From Amoebidium appalachense (Eukaryota > Protista > Ichthyosporea), in contig CAVNZM010000012.1 of assembly GCA_963693365.1 (NCBI GenBank), positions 1,364,001 to 1,428,000 on the forward strand: a DNA stretch of 64,000 bases, written 5' to 3'. Under the pieces are notes generated by a model. The model searched no databases and was not told the origin of the DNA. It saw nothing but the letters and a program-made list of their open reading frames with translations. Shown piece after piece: positions 1-21,518 of the stretch. Numbering within the stretch: the first letter of the stretch is position 1; every line of letters starts with the position of its first letter. A program made the translations under genes and the position numbers.

Positions 1-551
1 ATCCGTAAAAATCCCTTTGAATAACAACAACAAACAATAATTATACAAGCAGATCAGTGTTCAGGAGAACAAACCCCCCCCCCCCCCTGAGGGGGGGGGG
101 GGGGGTTGGGTTTGGAAGAAAGGAACAAAAAAAAAGGGCTCTTAAAAATTTGCCCCTCCGCATGCGTAGCAGCAGCTTTGCATTCATTAATTGTTATATT
201 TTTTTAACATTTTGAAGTTATAATATAATACCAATATATATACAGCTCACCCTTCCCCTGTTCGAACCAATACATACAATCCACAAGGCCATACGGTTAT
301 TATGAAATTGATTGCCAACGTTCCCCTTCCCGTGGTTGTTAATATAAGAACATACGTGTGTGCAGGTGCAATTTCTGCAACAAACATACACATGCATTTT
401 AAGTGTCAAACCCAACACGTTACACTTTGTTTTTGCAGGTATGTGAATGGATACATCCTTTCGTCCAAGTACGCAAAGGGAGGTGAGGGGGGGCAAAGGG
501 GGGGGGGAAGGCAGGGAGGGGGGGTTTGGGGGGAGGGTGGTAATGGACGTG

Positions 552-648
<97 letters not shown>

Positions 649-793
649 GTGTGTGTGCACCCACATTGGTGAGTGTGTATGCGCGTGTATGTATGTTCGT
701 GTATGCACACACACATGCACGTGTGTGCAATCCGTGCGCGTTTAGAACCGGGAGAGGTGAGAGGGGGGGGGGAGGCTGATCTTTCGCCGGCTT

Positions 794-1307
794 TCATGAG
801 GAGTTCTTTCCTGGCTGGGCCAAAGCATCACTTATTGAATCCAGCTCTTTGCTCAGTCGTAGAAGAGATGCCGTGTCAAGCTCAAGACAAAGAGGAGCAG
901 ACTGGAGAGGAAAACACGGCCCGTTTAGGTTAAGAATCGTACGGGCAAAATGGGTGTACATTTATGTGGGGAAATGGAAATGAGATATCGTACAAGGTCG
1001 GAGAAAAGTGGAAAAGTGATTTTGTGTGCATGTGTTTGTGTTTGTGTTTGTGTTTGTGAAAGCTAAGTGGACGCGCAGGGGGGATTTGGTAGAGGACTTT
1101 GCTGTAGGCAGGAAAGAAATGGCGCCTACTCAGGGTGTGTGCGTGTCTGAGTGTGTGTGTGTGTGGAAAGGGGAGGGAGGGAGGGGGGAGGGAAGGGGGG
1201 ATTCAAGGAGGGACGTGGCAACAGGGAAACAAAAACACACAAAGAGCATACAGGCACCGGAAGTTGGCCGAGCCGGTGGTGGTGGTGGTGGTGGTGGTGG
1301 TGGTGGT

Positions 1308-1349
<42 letters not shown>

Positions 1350-1516
1350 AGGGGAACGCGGAAAGGGAGGGGGGGGTCTATTCTAACTTTCCGCACCAAT
1401 ATAATATTAACAGCGGCACGTGGCCTGAACCAAGCAGGTTGCATGCAGTAGCAAGAACCAAAAACGCTTCTCCCAACCAAGGGACAGGAGTGCTTTTTCT
1501 TTCATGCCCCCCCCCC

Positions 1517-1555
<39 letters not shown>

Positions 1556-1588
1556 TTTTTTTTTTTTCTTCTTCATTTTTTTTTTTTT

Positions 1589-1619
<31 letters not shown>

Positions 1620-2145
1620 GGGGGAGGGGGGGGGGGAGCAATTTTCACACCTGGTAATTGCTATTTGGTTTGCTGCAATCGAACTGAACAACTGCCACAG
1701 CTTCCTGATTGGTCACATCTTGACCCCTCAGCTCAACACGCTGCACAGAGGGAAAAGAAAAAAAAGGGGAAAAAATGGAGGGGGGGAGAGGGAGGGAGGG
1801 GGGGGGGGGGGGGGGGGGGGGGGAGGGGTGGAGAGAAAGAGAGGAAGGAAGGGAGAAGGGAGGAAGGAAGAGAGGGAGTGAGGGAGGGAGAGGGGGAGAG
1901 GGTAATGAAAGGGAGGGAGCGAGGGAGGGAAACAGGGAGAGGGGGGATGGGGGGGAGAGGGAGGAGTGGGAGGGTGGGACCTAGGAGGGAGGGAGAGAGG
2001 GAGGGTGGAGGCAGGGGGGGAGGGAGGGAGGGAGGGAAAGAGAGAAAGAGAAGATTGGGTGGTGTGAGGGAGGTGATGGTGGTGCTGGTTAGTGATGATG
2101 GATGCGTGTTTGTGTCTAGTGTCTGTGTGTGTACATGTGCATGTG

Positions 2146-2235
<90 letters not shown>

Positions 2236-2625
2236 TGTTTGTGTAGGTGGCTATAGAAGTACATTTATGTACATATGAACTCACACGCATCTCAATACAA
2301 ACGGACAAGTAGCTCTGGCGAAGGGAGGGGAAGGGGGGGAGGGGGGGGGGGGGGGGGGGGGAGGGGTGAAAACATACCCCAGATACTTCCTTGAGCCTTG
2401 GATTCCATGAAGCCTTCTCGAGCATTGACTGGTGGATCTGAAATCGAATATACGATCAGGAGATCCGATTACAGCAAAACGACGCAAGATATTATGATAG
2501 CACAGTATCTCGATGCTGATAGTCACTTGCCGATCAAAAAGCGACTCTTCTTTCAAATACACACACAGTCACAGAGTGACAGCAAGTGCCAGGGTAACAC
2601 AAGTCATCGAGTACCTTTGCCCTCC

Positions 2626-2657
<32 letters not shown>

Positions 2658-2817
2658 TTCCCCCCGTCCCCTTTGCCAAACCATGCAGCCATATTCGCTC
2701 CCTCACAACCCTCTCCCCCGTCACCTCTCCTCTTCACCCCCGCCCTCCCCCCCCCCCCCCCCCCCCCCCCCCCATCCCCCTGCCCACACACACACACACA
2801 CACACACACGCACGCAG

Positions 2818-2900
<83 letters not shown>

Positions 2901-3015
2901 CACACACACACACCTTTGCCCTGTGTGCCTTCCAGAATCTTCCGACTGCTTCCAAGTGCACTGCATCTTGCACACCTGCCTGTGTGTTTGTGACAGTCAG
3001 CAACATACGATCCTC

Positions 3016-3046
<31 letters not shown>

Positions 3047-4022
3047 ACTCACACACCCACACACATCCTACGGTAGGGTGGGGGGGGTGCATGTGTGTGT
3101 GTGCGTGTGTGTGTGTGTGTGTGAGGGGGGGGGGAGGGGGGGGAGAGGGGGGAAGGGGGAGGGGGGAGCACACTGGCAGGTGCGTAGAGAGAGCAGGGGG
3201 TTCTCCAGCATTTCAGTGTGTGAATAACACACACAAGACACACACATTGAACATCAAGCCGGAAACGGTAGAAACATGCACTTTGTGTTCTTTAACAACA
3301 GCCACACAACATGCAACTCTCAATAACATAAATACTGCCACGTCGGTATTTGAGGAGGGGGGGGGGAGAGGGGGGTGGAGGAGGGGGAGGGGGGAGGTAG
3401 GGAAGAGAGGGAGAGAACAACAAGTACAGCAAGAAGCAGGTTAGTTGTTGATAGGCTATAGCAGGGTTGGAAGATGGCCCATAGGTATTCATTATAGACA
3501 ATCACCGGTATCTGCGTTACTTGTGCCTCTCTCTCCCTCCCTATCTCTCTCTCTCTCTCCCCCTCTCCCCCCCCCCTCCTCCTCTCTCTCTCCTCCTCCC
3601 CCCTCCCCCTGCTCCCCCTCCCCCTTCCCCCCGCCTCCCCCCCCCTCCCCCTCCCTCTCCCTGCCTCCCACCCACCCTCCCACACTCCCTCTCTCTTTCT
3701 CTCTCTCTCCCCCGCCTCCCCTCCCAGCCACCGTCCCACCCACCCACCCTCCTTCTCTTCCTCCCTGCCTGTGCGGGTGTGTTGGGGTGCAAAGGGGATA
3801 TGGGGTGAAGGGGGAGTTGTGGGGCGCGCGAGGGATTGTAAGGTGAAGGGACGGAGGGAGGGACGAAGAGACCTTCCGTGCCCTGGCTTCTACTTCCAAT
3901 AAGTCCAAGTCATGTTTTGCTGCATTGGTCAAAATGGAAACTGCTCGGTCGTGCAAATCAAGGAAGTCTGCTTGGCAGGCGGAAGTTAGCCACAAAGCTA
4001 ACTCACAGTTCTACCCTACCAG

Positions 4023-4071
<49 letters not shown>

Positions 4072-4378
4072 TCCCTCCGCCTTCCCCCCCCCCCCCCCCC
4101 CCCCGCCCCTCCACCACCACGACCACCACCACCACCACCACCACCCCCTGTCCTCCTCCACCCTTTCTCCCTCTCCCCTTCCTCCCCTTCCCTCTCCCCC
4201 TGCCCCCCTCCCCCCTACACTTTATCCCACTTTCCCAATACCATTCTTTCAAGACACTCAAGGACTTCGCCATATCCCGGCTACTTACTCCCTTGTCCCC
4301 TTGTTCTCCCATCTCCCCCTCCCTCCCCCTCCCCTCCCCTCCTCCCACTCACTCTCCCTCCCCCCTCTCCCCCCCTAC

Positions 4379-4409
<31 letters not shown>

Positions 4410-4723
4410 AGAAAAGCCGAATTCGTCGTACCTACTCCATCCCTTAAATTACCGCCCATAATCATCCACACCAAGCCTATTGACCTTCACTAACCCGTCC
4501 TCGCCACATCATCACCACCACCATCACCACCACGAATGTACATACACACACACACTCGCGTAATAGATCTCACTTATACAGGGTGGCACACGCACTCACC
4601 TTCCTCACTCATGTTTGGATAGAGATGTGCATGCAGATTTGTCTCTGTAAATTCTTTCTCTCCGTAGAACTGCCGCTTGCTGATTCCCAGCAACAGGTTG
4701 TACATACTCTTAGAGGGATCCAT
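794..4723 (-). CDS. COMMD1: COMM domain-containing protein 1 (Commander/CCC complex), 6 exons: 4723-4600, 3967-3873, 2979-2914, 2437-2378, 1740-1651, 901-794
   Basis: GT-AG exons join in consistent phase to give [54 protein letters not shown]...[37 protein letters not shown]...[27 protein letters not shown]. This is colinear with recalled human COMMD1 motifs (LYPEVPPEEF, SKFWKSHKTKIRESL, SRWNSGLRGLSWRVD, FLCLEFD). Confidence 0.9.
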
Positions 4724-4842
4724 GTTTCTTTCGCGATCTCTAATGGGTCATGAATATGTGCACTTTCGTAGGTTTCGGCTTTGGGTTGACAAGGGTTAGC
4801 CGAAATACTGTACAATCGTGGCTTTCACTCTCTCTGTCTCAT

Positions 4843-4873
<31 letters not shown>

Positions 4874-5409
4874 TTGTGTGTGTCCGAGGCTTCTCAAGGC
4901 TCCCTCTCTGCTCTCAGACTTCGGCGCGATGATCCCGCCCAGACCGTCGAAAAACGCGCCCAAACCCCTTCGTGAACCAATAGTAAAAGGCCAAATGTAA
5001 CTATATTTGGGTTGGGGGAACCGACGGTTATTCCGAACGTTCAAACGCACGGCATGTTTAGAACAAAGTCAAAGATAGTTAGCGAAAGCAGTGACAGACA
5101 ATAGCAATGCTTAGCGGAGCATCTAAGTGGCTTAGAAGGAAATCTCATTAGAAAAGCGCGAAAATTGGTAGGTGGCTGTAACTTACACTGAGAAGAAGTT
5201 TTAAGTGAGGTGAAATGACGTGAGTGAAAAAGGGTGAGAGTGACGGAGGGGTAAGAAAAGGGTGGGGTGGGGTGGGGTGGGGGGGGAGGGGGGGGGGGGG
5301 CGGAGGGAAGTGGGCAGTGGGGAGAAGGAGAGGGCGAGTGGAGGGAGGGGAAGGGGGGGAAGGGGGTCCAAAGAGGGGGAAAGAGGGAGTTAGATGGAGG
5401 TGTGTGTGT

Positions 5410-5440
<31 letters not shown>

Positions 5441-5861
5441 GGGGGGGAGGGAGGGGGGGGGGGGGGGGAGGGGGGGGGAGGGGAGAGGTACCTGTCGGTG
5501 CACGGTGCAACAAAGTAGCTTGCAGCTCCCAAACACATAAATCCGCTCAAACAGAACTTGGATGTGATGTCCCCCGGTACTATGTGCACTGTGGCTCCTT
5601 AAGTAATTTATTATACTGCTCCTGCTATTGTCGTGGTGTGCTCAGATAGTCACTGGGAAAGAAAATAATACATCAATCTCTTACTCTACTAAGCTTGTAG
5701 GCTGCATGCAACGGCTAACGACGTTTGACGTTTGAACATGGCCGCCTGTGACAAGAAAAAGGAAACATTGTGGCGCACACATGAAACACACGCACACACA
5801 AAGCATACACCAACACAAGCGTGTACACTTGCGTGTGTGCACACACGCGCGCGCGCGCGCG

Positions 5862-5913
<52 letters not shown>

Positions 5914-5959
5914 CCACAGGCACAGGAAACCTTGCTGCCAAAAACTTGACAACCCGAAA
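4724..5959. promoter_or_regulatory. Head-to-head intergenic region, probable bidirectional promoter for COMMD1 and the ARID gene
   Basis: The two start codons diverge ~1.2 kb apart. Inferred from gene geometry only. Confidence 0.45.
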
Positions 5960-10496
<4,537 letters not shown>

Positions 10497-10969
10497 ATTT
10501 TCATTCAAAGTTAGATATGTAGTAATTTGCATAAAAATAATTTTCTTTGGGAGTAACGTAACAACTTGGAAAGAAATTATATTCTATATCAACAATAGAA
10601 ACGTGGTGTCGTACTGTTTAATACAGTAGTTATATATTTGAAATTCACGGTTGATCTTGGTTTTCAACCCACACACCTGTACACAACCTGCACAGCTACT
10701 GAATTTAGTCTCTGGGACGACGTCCTCTTTGCTGCCCCCCCCCCCCCCCCCCCCCCCCCCAACAGGTCTTAACCAGATCTGCACATCGTTAGTCACAATC
10801 TTCTCACATATATGAGAGAATGATCGTATTGGTACGATTTGTCTAATATCTGACGATTCTGCAGCATCCCTAAGACCCCCCTCCCCCCTCCCCCTCCCCC
10901 TCCCCCCCCCCCCCCCCACCTTCTCTCTCTCTCTCTCTCCCTCTCTCCCTCTCTCCCCCCCCCCCCCCC

Positions 10970-11038
<69 letters not shown>

Positions 11039-11043
11039 TTCCT

Positions 11044-11074
<31 letters not shown>

Positions 11075-11136
11075 GGCGCCTGTTGTTTTGCTTGTCATTT
11101 GTTGTTCTGGTTGATTACCTGTAATCTTCGCTTATT

Positions 11137-11173
<37 letters not shown>

Positions 11174-11840
11174 TGTGCGGGGTTGCACATACCGGTGTCT
11201 ACTTTTCTTCTTACTGTTTTTCTCTCCACACACTTCATCTGTCCACTTCTGCATACCCCCTTTCATAGCTATAGACACACTTCACACATTGCGTTACGCG
11301 CACGCATGCACACACCGCTCTGTTGGCGACAGCTCCCTTGGAACCCATGCGGCATGTTACCCGCCGGCGTAACATAACTCGGACTATCGGTTTGGCTTTT
11401 TTCAAGCCCAAAGCAATGGGTGATACCATATTTCCGGCTGACATCCGGGGGCATAGCTTTCCGTTCGAAGACGATAAAGTTCCGCCCTAGTAAGCGTGTT
11501 ACTACCCTGCGGCGTGGGTCAAATCTCATATTTTCCCCTCTGATTACGAATTCTGTGGCCTTCGGGACTTAATTCTTTTCAGCTGGTGTAGTATGTTAGC
11601 CAGGGAAGTATCGACTTAGGTATCGACGGGGGAGCTTCCTAGAAGCCCCGTCTCCTGAGTTCCTATCTATATTTTTCTTGCTTCTGCTTACTGCTGCAAC
11701 TTTAACCCCCGGCCTTTCCCACTGCCCTTGCCTGCATAAGCAACCCTGCTCGTCTCTGATCAAGACGGGTGACCTACTCATGTTCAAGTGAAACAGTATC
11801 TGAGTTGGGTTTCGTTAACGAGGGGAATAGGTCGAAACTC

Positions 11841-11974
11841 GGGTACTGTGGATGACGTGGGCCCCCCCTGAGGATGGGCTCTGCTTATTATGCATACTCT
11901 TTATGTATGGCTTGCATTCTGCATCGTGTTATCCGTTTGTTCTTGTGTACTTCGTACTTTTTGACGCATTCAAG
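11841..11974 (+). mobile_element. Short interspersed repeat family A (~130 bp), full-length copy
   Basis: GGGTACTGTGG...CCCCTGAGGATGGGCTCTGCTTATTATGCATACTC...GTACTTCGTACTTTTTGACGCATTCAAG followed by a C-run. At least six other copies occur in the window. Confidence 0.85.
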
Positions 11975-12331
11975 CCCCCCCCCCCCCCCCCCCCTTTTTT
12001 TTTAAAAAGAAAAAAGAAAAAACGTATACCCGTCCGTTCTGTCCTTTGTCGTTTTTTTTTTTTCTTTCTTTCCCGGTTCCTCTTTTGTGTGCAAAACGGG
12101 AAGGGGGAAGGGGGGGGGGGGGGGGGGGGGGGGGGGTAGCAAAACAAGCGCTGGTTGGAAACATGAACCGATGAGCGCTAGCCGAGTTCTTAAAAAAATT
12201 TAAAATAAAGGGAAAAAAAAGAAGAAAAAACGGGTTTTCGTGTTCGGTATCTGTACTGTGGTTTGTACTGCATGATTACTTTGCAGCGAGAAAGCCTTCA
12301 CATATCATTTTCAGGGGGGGAGCCGGGATGA

Positions 12332-12356
12332 TGACGTCACTGGAGCGTTTTGGCGC
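12332..12356 (+). promoter_or_regulatory. CRE palindrome (TGACGTCA) and adjacent E2F-like site (TTTGGCGC) upstream of the ceramidase
   Basis: Exact motifs at 12332-12339 and 12349-12356, about 320-340 bp upstream of the ATG at 12675. Confidence 0.4.
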
Positions 12357-12674
12357 GCATTTCGACCGTTATATGTTGAAGTCGACTTAGCCTAACCTGC
12401 CATCTTAGCCAAAGTTTCTTGGGGCAAGAAGGGTCAACTGTAGAATTTAGACAGCCTCCTACGTTGGACTGCAGCAACGGTGGCACGCGGTTTTGAACCT
12501 GCTAAGTACAATAACAAACTGCGTGTCAAGGCTGCGTCATTTTTTTCACATCTAAAAGGATATTTGGTGCCTGCATTCCTGCATATGCATCGATGTTCAC
12601 ATGGTTGGAATCAGTGGCAGTATCTATCAAGAATCTCACCGCAAACACTGTTGCGCCCACCAAAACACTCGAAG

Positions 12675-16649
<3,975 letters not shown>

Positions 16650-16744
16650 AGTCTTAAAGTCAAGCTTCGCAGATGTGTGTGTGTTTGTTTTTGTTTTTTT
16701 GGCTATACGAGTGATGTCTCACGTATTGCGCCCTGCTGAGAAAG

Positions 16745-16780
<36 letters not shown>

Positions 16781-17094
16781 CCCTCTCTCTCTCCCTCTTT
16801 CCCTGGCGGATAATGCAATGATGTATTGCAAACATCCATTTTTATGTACACTGATACATAGCTATCTCAGGGAAGAGCAACCTCAGGGAAAGCTGTGGTT
16901 TTTTGTTTTGTTTTTATTTGTTTGTTGTTTATTTTTTGCTTTCTTTTGCCTTACGGAGGCAGCACCATCATCTCCGAGATAAATACAAGGTTCTATCTGA
17001 ACCACAAGCTGAAATTCTTTGGCAAACTGCACGATGAATAGGTTGCGTAATGAGCGTTATTGAAAAAGAGGACTTTCGCTTTCGAAGAACAAGA

Positions 17095-18090
17095 GTAATG
17101 ATAATAAGTAGCGTGAGCAAAAGGAAAAAAGGGGACCCAATCATGGATTTAAATAAAAGTGAAACTCAAAGCTTAATATCAGTAGGAGTTCAAATAGGAT
17201 AACTACGTACCTTTTGCATATTGGGGTCCAAGATATATAGTGTTAGCGAGGTTAATTAAAGAGATGTAGCTGAATCAATTCAGAGTTAGCATCATATGAC
17301 CAAACCGAAACGGGATTATCTAAGCGTGTTCAAATAAATATTGGAGTAATATCGAAATGAAGGTTGAACTTAATTAGCACTTAGAAGCTAATCGAATTTC
17401 TTACTAGCTGTTTTTCCGCAAAATATAGTTAATAAAGTGTCGATGCTGTAAAAATAGAAAAGTAAAAGAAAGTTTCAATGGGGAAACAACAAGAAAATAG
17501 GCTTTTAAACTTATCGTCTCTTTAATAAGACGTAACAATTCATTGAATATTTATACTATAATATAGTTTTAAGCAAGCTTAGATATAGCCAACGCATTGA
17601 AGCACTAAAAAATTTTCTTATATTAGTTATACTTTGCACTTAGAGGTGGTATGCACTGAGTAGTAGTGGAAAATTTTGAATCTATTGAGTTGATTTGATA
17701 AGGTTAGAGTAAATTATTTAACATATTAATCCAAATGTGGTACTCTTATCTTTATAGTTTCGTATGAGGAATTTAGATGACAAAATGTAGATAGGAGTAA
17801 ACAAAAATCGGTTGATTGAAAGTTTGATACCTCGATATCAAAAATCTGTAACACTGATTGGCGGAAATTCTAGGTTTTCTGTATCCGGATAGACTACGCA
17901 GAGTACAATTTTGCCATCGTGATGACTAGGTACGAAATGTAAAAGTGCAATAGCTTTAAAATGAATAACGATAGCTCTTTTTAGGGGAAACTTTGGGTTT
18001 ATTACCCAATCAATTTAGTAAAACCTCAGTGAACAGACGTTAGTACGTTAAAGCGTGGATCTACTGAAAGAAGACGAATTTAATACTATC
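17095..18090 (+). rRNA. rnl: Degenerate mitochondrial large-subunit rRNA fragment within the NUMT (non-functional)
   Basis: LSU-like motifs occur in the expected order: AAGTAGCGTGAGCAAAAGG, ACGTACCTTTTGCATA, CCGAAACGGGATTATCTA, GCTAATCGAA...TAGCTGTTTTTCCGCAAAA, GGGAAACAAC, TTTAATAAGACGTAACAATTCATTG (GTPase centre-like), TTTAGTAAAACCTCAG. Confidence 0.72.
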
Positions 18091-18548
18091 TTGGTTTAGA
18101 TAGTATTTCTTTTTATCGATTAGAGCAACTGGTTGACTTCATTGTTACTGTGATCATAAGTAGAACTTTACAAAACAACGTGTTTCTATACCTGTTACTT
18201 AGAGTTAGGATTGTTAAAAATAGTCCTACTGTTATATTTTTATTGGCTATCTCTTTAAGGATCTCTTTGTTGAAATAGGATCTCCTTTTTCCTTCTCAGC
18301 AAATTTTGCATTTTCTTCTTATACATCTATATTAGACCCAGAATTATCCCTTCATCAGTTAAACTCTTATATTCTCGGGGTTAGAAGTAGCCATAGGAAT
18401 ATTCTTATATCAATTCTATTCTAGTTCAGCTCTTCTTCATAAATTATATGAACTCTAGTAACATATTGATCTGAGTTGTATAAATTATCTTTGGATGAAT
18501 AGCTAACCATTCTCTTGCCCCAGGGTGCTGCTTATCATAGCATTTTCC

Positions 18549-18582
18549 AAACCGTACGTGCAGCTTTCACCGTATACGGTTT
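18549..18582 (-). ncRNA. Group II intron domain V (organellar relic)
   Basis: The minus strand reads AAACCGTATACGGTGAAAGCTGCACGTACGGTTT. This is a 34-nt hairpin with a GAAA loop and AC bulge, matching the DV consensus RAGCCGTATGCG-GAAA-CGCACGTACGGTT. Confidence 0.85.
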
Positions 18583-19453
18583 TCACGATTAATCATGTTT
18601 GCCATTTACACCCTGCCGTAGGAACTTTAGACGCCTTCCCCCAAATACCATATCAATTGAGCTACAAAGATAATAGATACTGAAAAGAATTATGTTAGAT
18701 GCTTATTACGTATTTCAGAAGAGACTTTAAGATAAAGATTAAAAGTATGGTGTCATTTTTATTTTGCATTCGTATACAGCAACCTCAAGGGAAGACAAGG
18801 TGGTTCTGGGGTATATTTTATTTCTATTTATTTATTTTATTTTATTTCCGGATATTAGTTGAGATCCTCTTTGTTTCCATTGCATTCTTGTGGAAATGTA
18901 CATACATACAACCCAGGTGCCGTCTTTTTTTTTTTTTTTTTTCCTTTCCTTGAATAAGGGTATAAATGGGATGCTTTTGGTGGTCGATGTTTTTGTATTG
19001 AGAAGCAGCGAATGATGTATGCTGTTATGAGCAACGATGTTTTGAATGGTGTTCGGGTGACCTGGTATGTGTTCTAGGGACAAGCCTAATTACCGGATAT
19101 TATGATGATGATTGGTCGAAATGGAAATCGGTTCAATCCCATTTACCATAAATAGTAACCCTAAAACCAGAGTTCATGCACTGGGGCAGGTACGCACGGG
19201 TGTACATATGTGTGTGTCATCATGTGTATGAGTCCTAGGCCTACCCACGGGCTTTGTGGACAACACTGGCCGGCGGTAATAACAACACCACTTGAAAATA
19301 TTTGCAGTGTTTACCCCCCCCCCCCCCCCCCCCCCCCGGTCTCTCACACACTCTCTCTCCTTTCGCTCCCTGAACTCTAACTTATGGTTGTTTCTGATAC
19401 GAAAGGCCCGATGAATCGTACACACCAAACTTGCACGCAGCTGTTTTTTTTTT

Positions 19454-19520
<67 letters not shown>

Positions 19521-19749
19521 TTAAGAAAGCTGTTCGTACGGCGGCAAGTACTTTTTGAGAAAAAACTTTGAGAATCGTTCATTTTGTTATAATGAAATAG
19601 CCTATATAACGTCGTTAAAATAGTGAGTGAAAGTAGTGGCCGCGGATGCATATGTCTAAGTTACTGGCAGGACGATCATCATCAAATTTGACAATCATGT
19701 GGTGAAGCCTCGTAGTGTGCACATTGCTCACGTCGCGTGCATGCGCACA

Positions 19750-20400
19750 CTGGTAAACGCATACAGCGCTTATATGTGCACACACACACAGCGCGTATGT
19801 GTACACGCGCACAGCTCATGTGCACATGCACACAGCTGCCATGATATGTGTACACACCACATCTGTGCACGTGCATTCATACACAGAGCATAGGTACCGG
19901 TGCATGATGCCACACGAAACGCACAAAGCGGATATGTGCACACAACACACACAGCGCATATGTGCACACAGACACAGCGCATATGTGCACACACACACAC
20001 ACAGCGCGTATGTGCACACACACAGCGCATATGTGGACACACACACACAGCGCATATGTGGACACACACACACGGCGCTTATGCGCACACGGAGCTTATG
20101 CATACGTGCACATTTACACAGCCAATAGGTGCACATGTACACTGGCGGCGCATGCTTGTATGCACGCGCATCATTGGCAGCGCACATGTGCACCCGCACA
20201 CAGCGCATATCTGCAGAAACACACAGCGCATAGCTTCACACGCACACAGCGCATATGTGCACACGCACACATGCATGTGTGCACATGTGGTGCATACATG
20301 ATGTGCGCACGTGCACAGAGCACATACATGCACACTTACATAGAAGTTATATGCAGACTGGTGCACACAGTGCATATTTCCACACGCACACGGTACACAA
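19750..20400. repeat. Degenerate minisatellite, unit ~(CA)nGCGCATATGTG
   Basis: Many imperfect tandem copies of cacacagcgcatatgtg(c/g)ac. Confidence 0.85.
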
Positions 20401-21518
20401 CAAGGAAAGCATGCCAGAGGTACATCATGTAGCTCTCTATGCCTTCCCATGCTTGCCGTCCCCCCCACCCCCCCCCCCTCCCCCCCCCCCACTTTCTTGG
20501 CAAACAGGAACAGGAATTGGGGATGCAGGGGTCCCCTGCCTTTAAATCCCTCGCCACCTCCTTCCCCTCCCCTTCCACTCACCCCCCATTCCTATTCCCC
20601 CCCCTCCCCCCCCCCCCTCTCTCCCCTCCCCCCTCCCCCTCTCCCCCCCCCCTCTCCCCCCCCCCCCCCCCCCCCCCCCCCCCGCGATGTCCTTTTGCAA
20701 AAATTGATAACCCAATCTCAAGGCACAGGAGGGATTGTATGAGTGCCACTGAAATGCGCAGTAGGAGGACCTGTTTTATGTAATTGAAGAATAGTGGGCT
20801 TGCAATTTGAAAAAATGGAGTGATCACGTTAGGCGGTTATGCGTTTCCATCATCGGCATGATATCAAAATGGTTTGCAAAACTTGAATCCGGGTGTAACA
20901 GTTATTGTTCAGGATGCTGTTTGAGAAGTGTTTTTATGTTTTGGTTTTTATGTGAAGGCTGAATTTATTTCGTACTTCTGACACTCTAAGAAGCATGACT
21001 ATTTCGTATACCTTGCCCTTCAATACTCGAAGTAGTACCACTAGAGAAATATTCGTACATTACGCTAAGTACATTCTAGTTTCAGTCAAATTGCTGACGG
21101 CTACATCAATACTACCTTTACTCCATCATCGAGTCGTGTACCTTTAACTCCGCAAATTGAGAAAGCAACCCCTCCCCCCTCCCCTCCCCCCCCCCCCCCC
21201 AGCCCCCCAAACACACACACACAAATACCACAGAAACACTAGCTGGCTAACGTAGCTAAAGAGAAAAATGAACCTCGGGGTGAAAAAAAGAAGCTAGTAC
21301 TCGAAATTTAAATTTTTTAATCAGACTAGCAGAGGAGTGGAATTCATGTGTCCGTTGCTCAGTATACAACAGTTATGCTTCGGTTTTCATTAAACTTGCA
21401 CGCATTATGTACATCTAAACTATGACGACAATTTCTAAAGTAACAGGCACATATGGCTCACAACATAATTTAATTACACTATATTCGTTCTTAACGTTTC
21501 GTGTCAGAATCACATCAT

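Larger units (their letters stand above)
16950..18760. pseudogene. Mosaic nuclear insertion of mitochondrial DNA (NUMT)
   Basis: Abrupt AT-rich, microsatellite-free block. It contains LSU rRNA motifs on + and a group II intron domain V on -. Boundaries are approximate. Confidence 0.75.

Noticed and set aside
2398-2620. Plus-strand ORF start [18 protein letters not shown]...
   Set aside because: Antisense to COMMD1 exon 4 and intron 3, runs into repeats, and has no recognisable domain.
11793-11813. Resemblance to RNase P RNA CR-V (AACCCAACTCAGATACT on -)
   Set aside because: No matching CR-I upstream on that strand, where the sequence is repeat family A and homopolymers.
19115-19150. tRNA-like GGTTCAATCCC
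   Set aside because: I could not build a cloverleaf (acceptor, D and anticodon arms).
19750-20400. CRISPR-like array (also considered for 27265-27670)
   Set aside because: Eukaryotic context, no unique spacers and no cas genes. These are simple tandem repeats.
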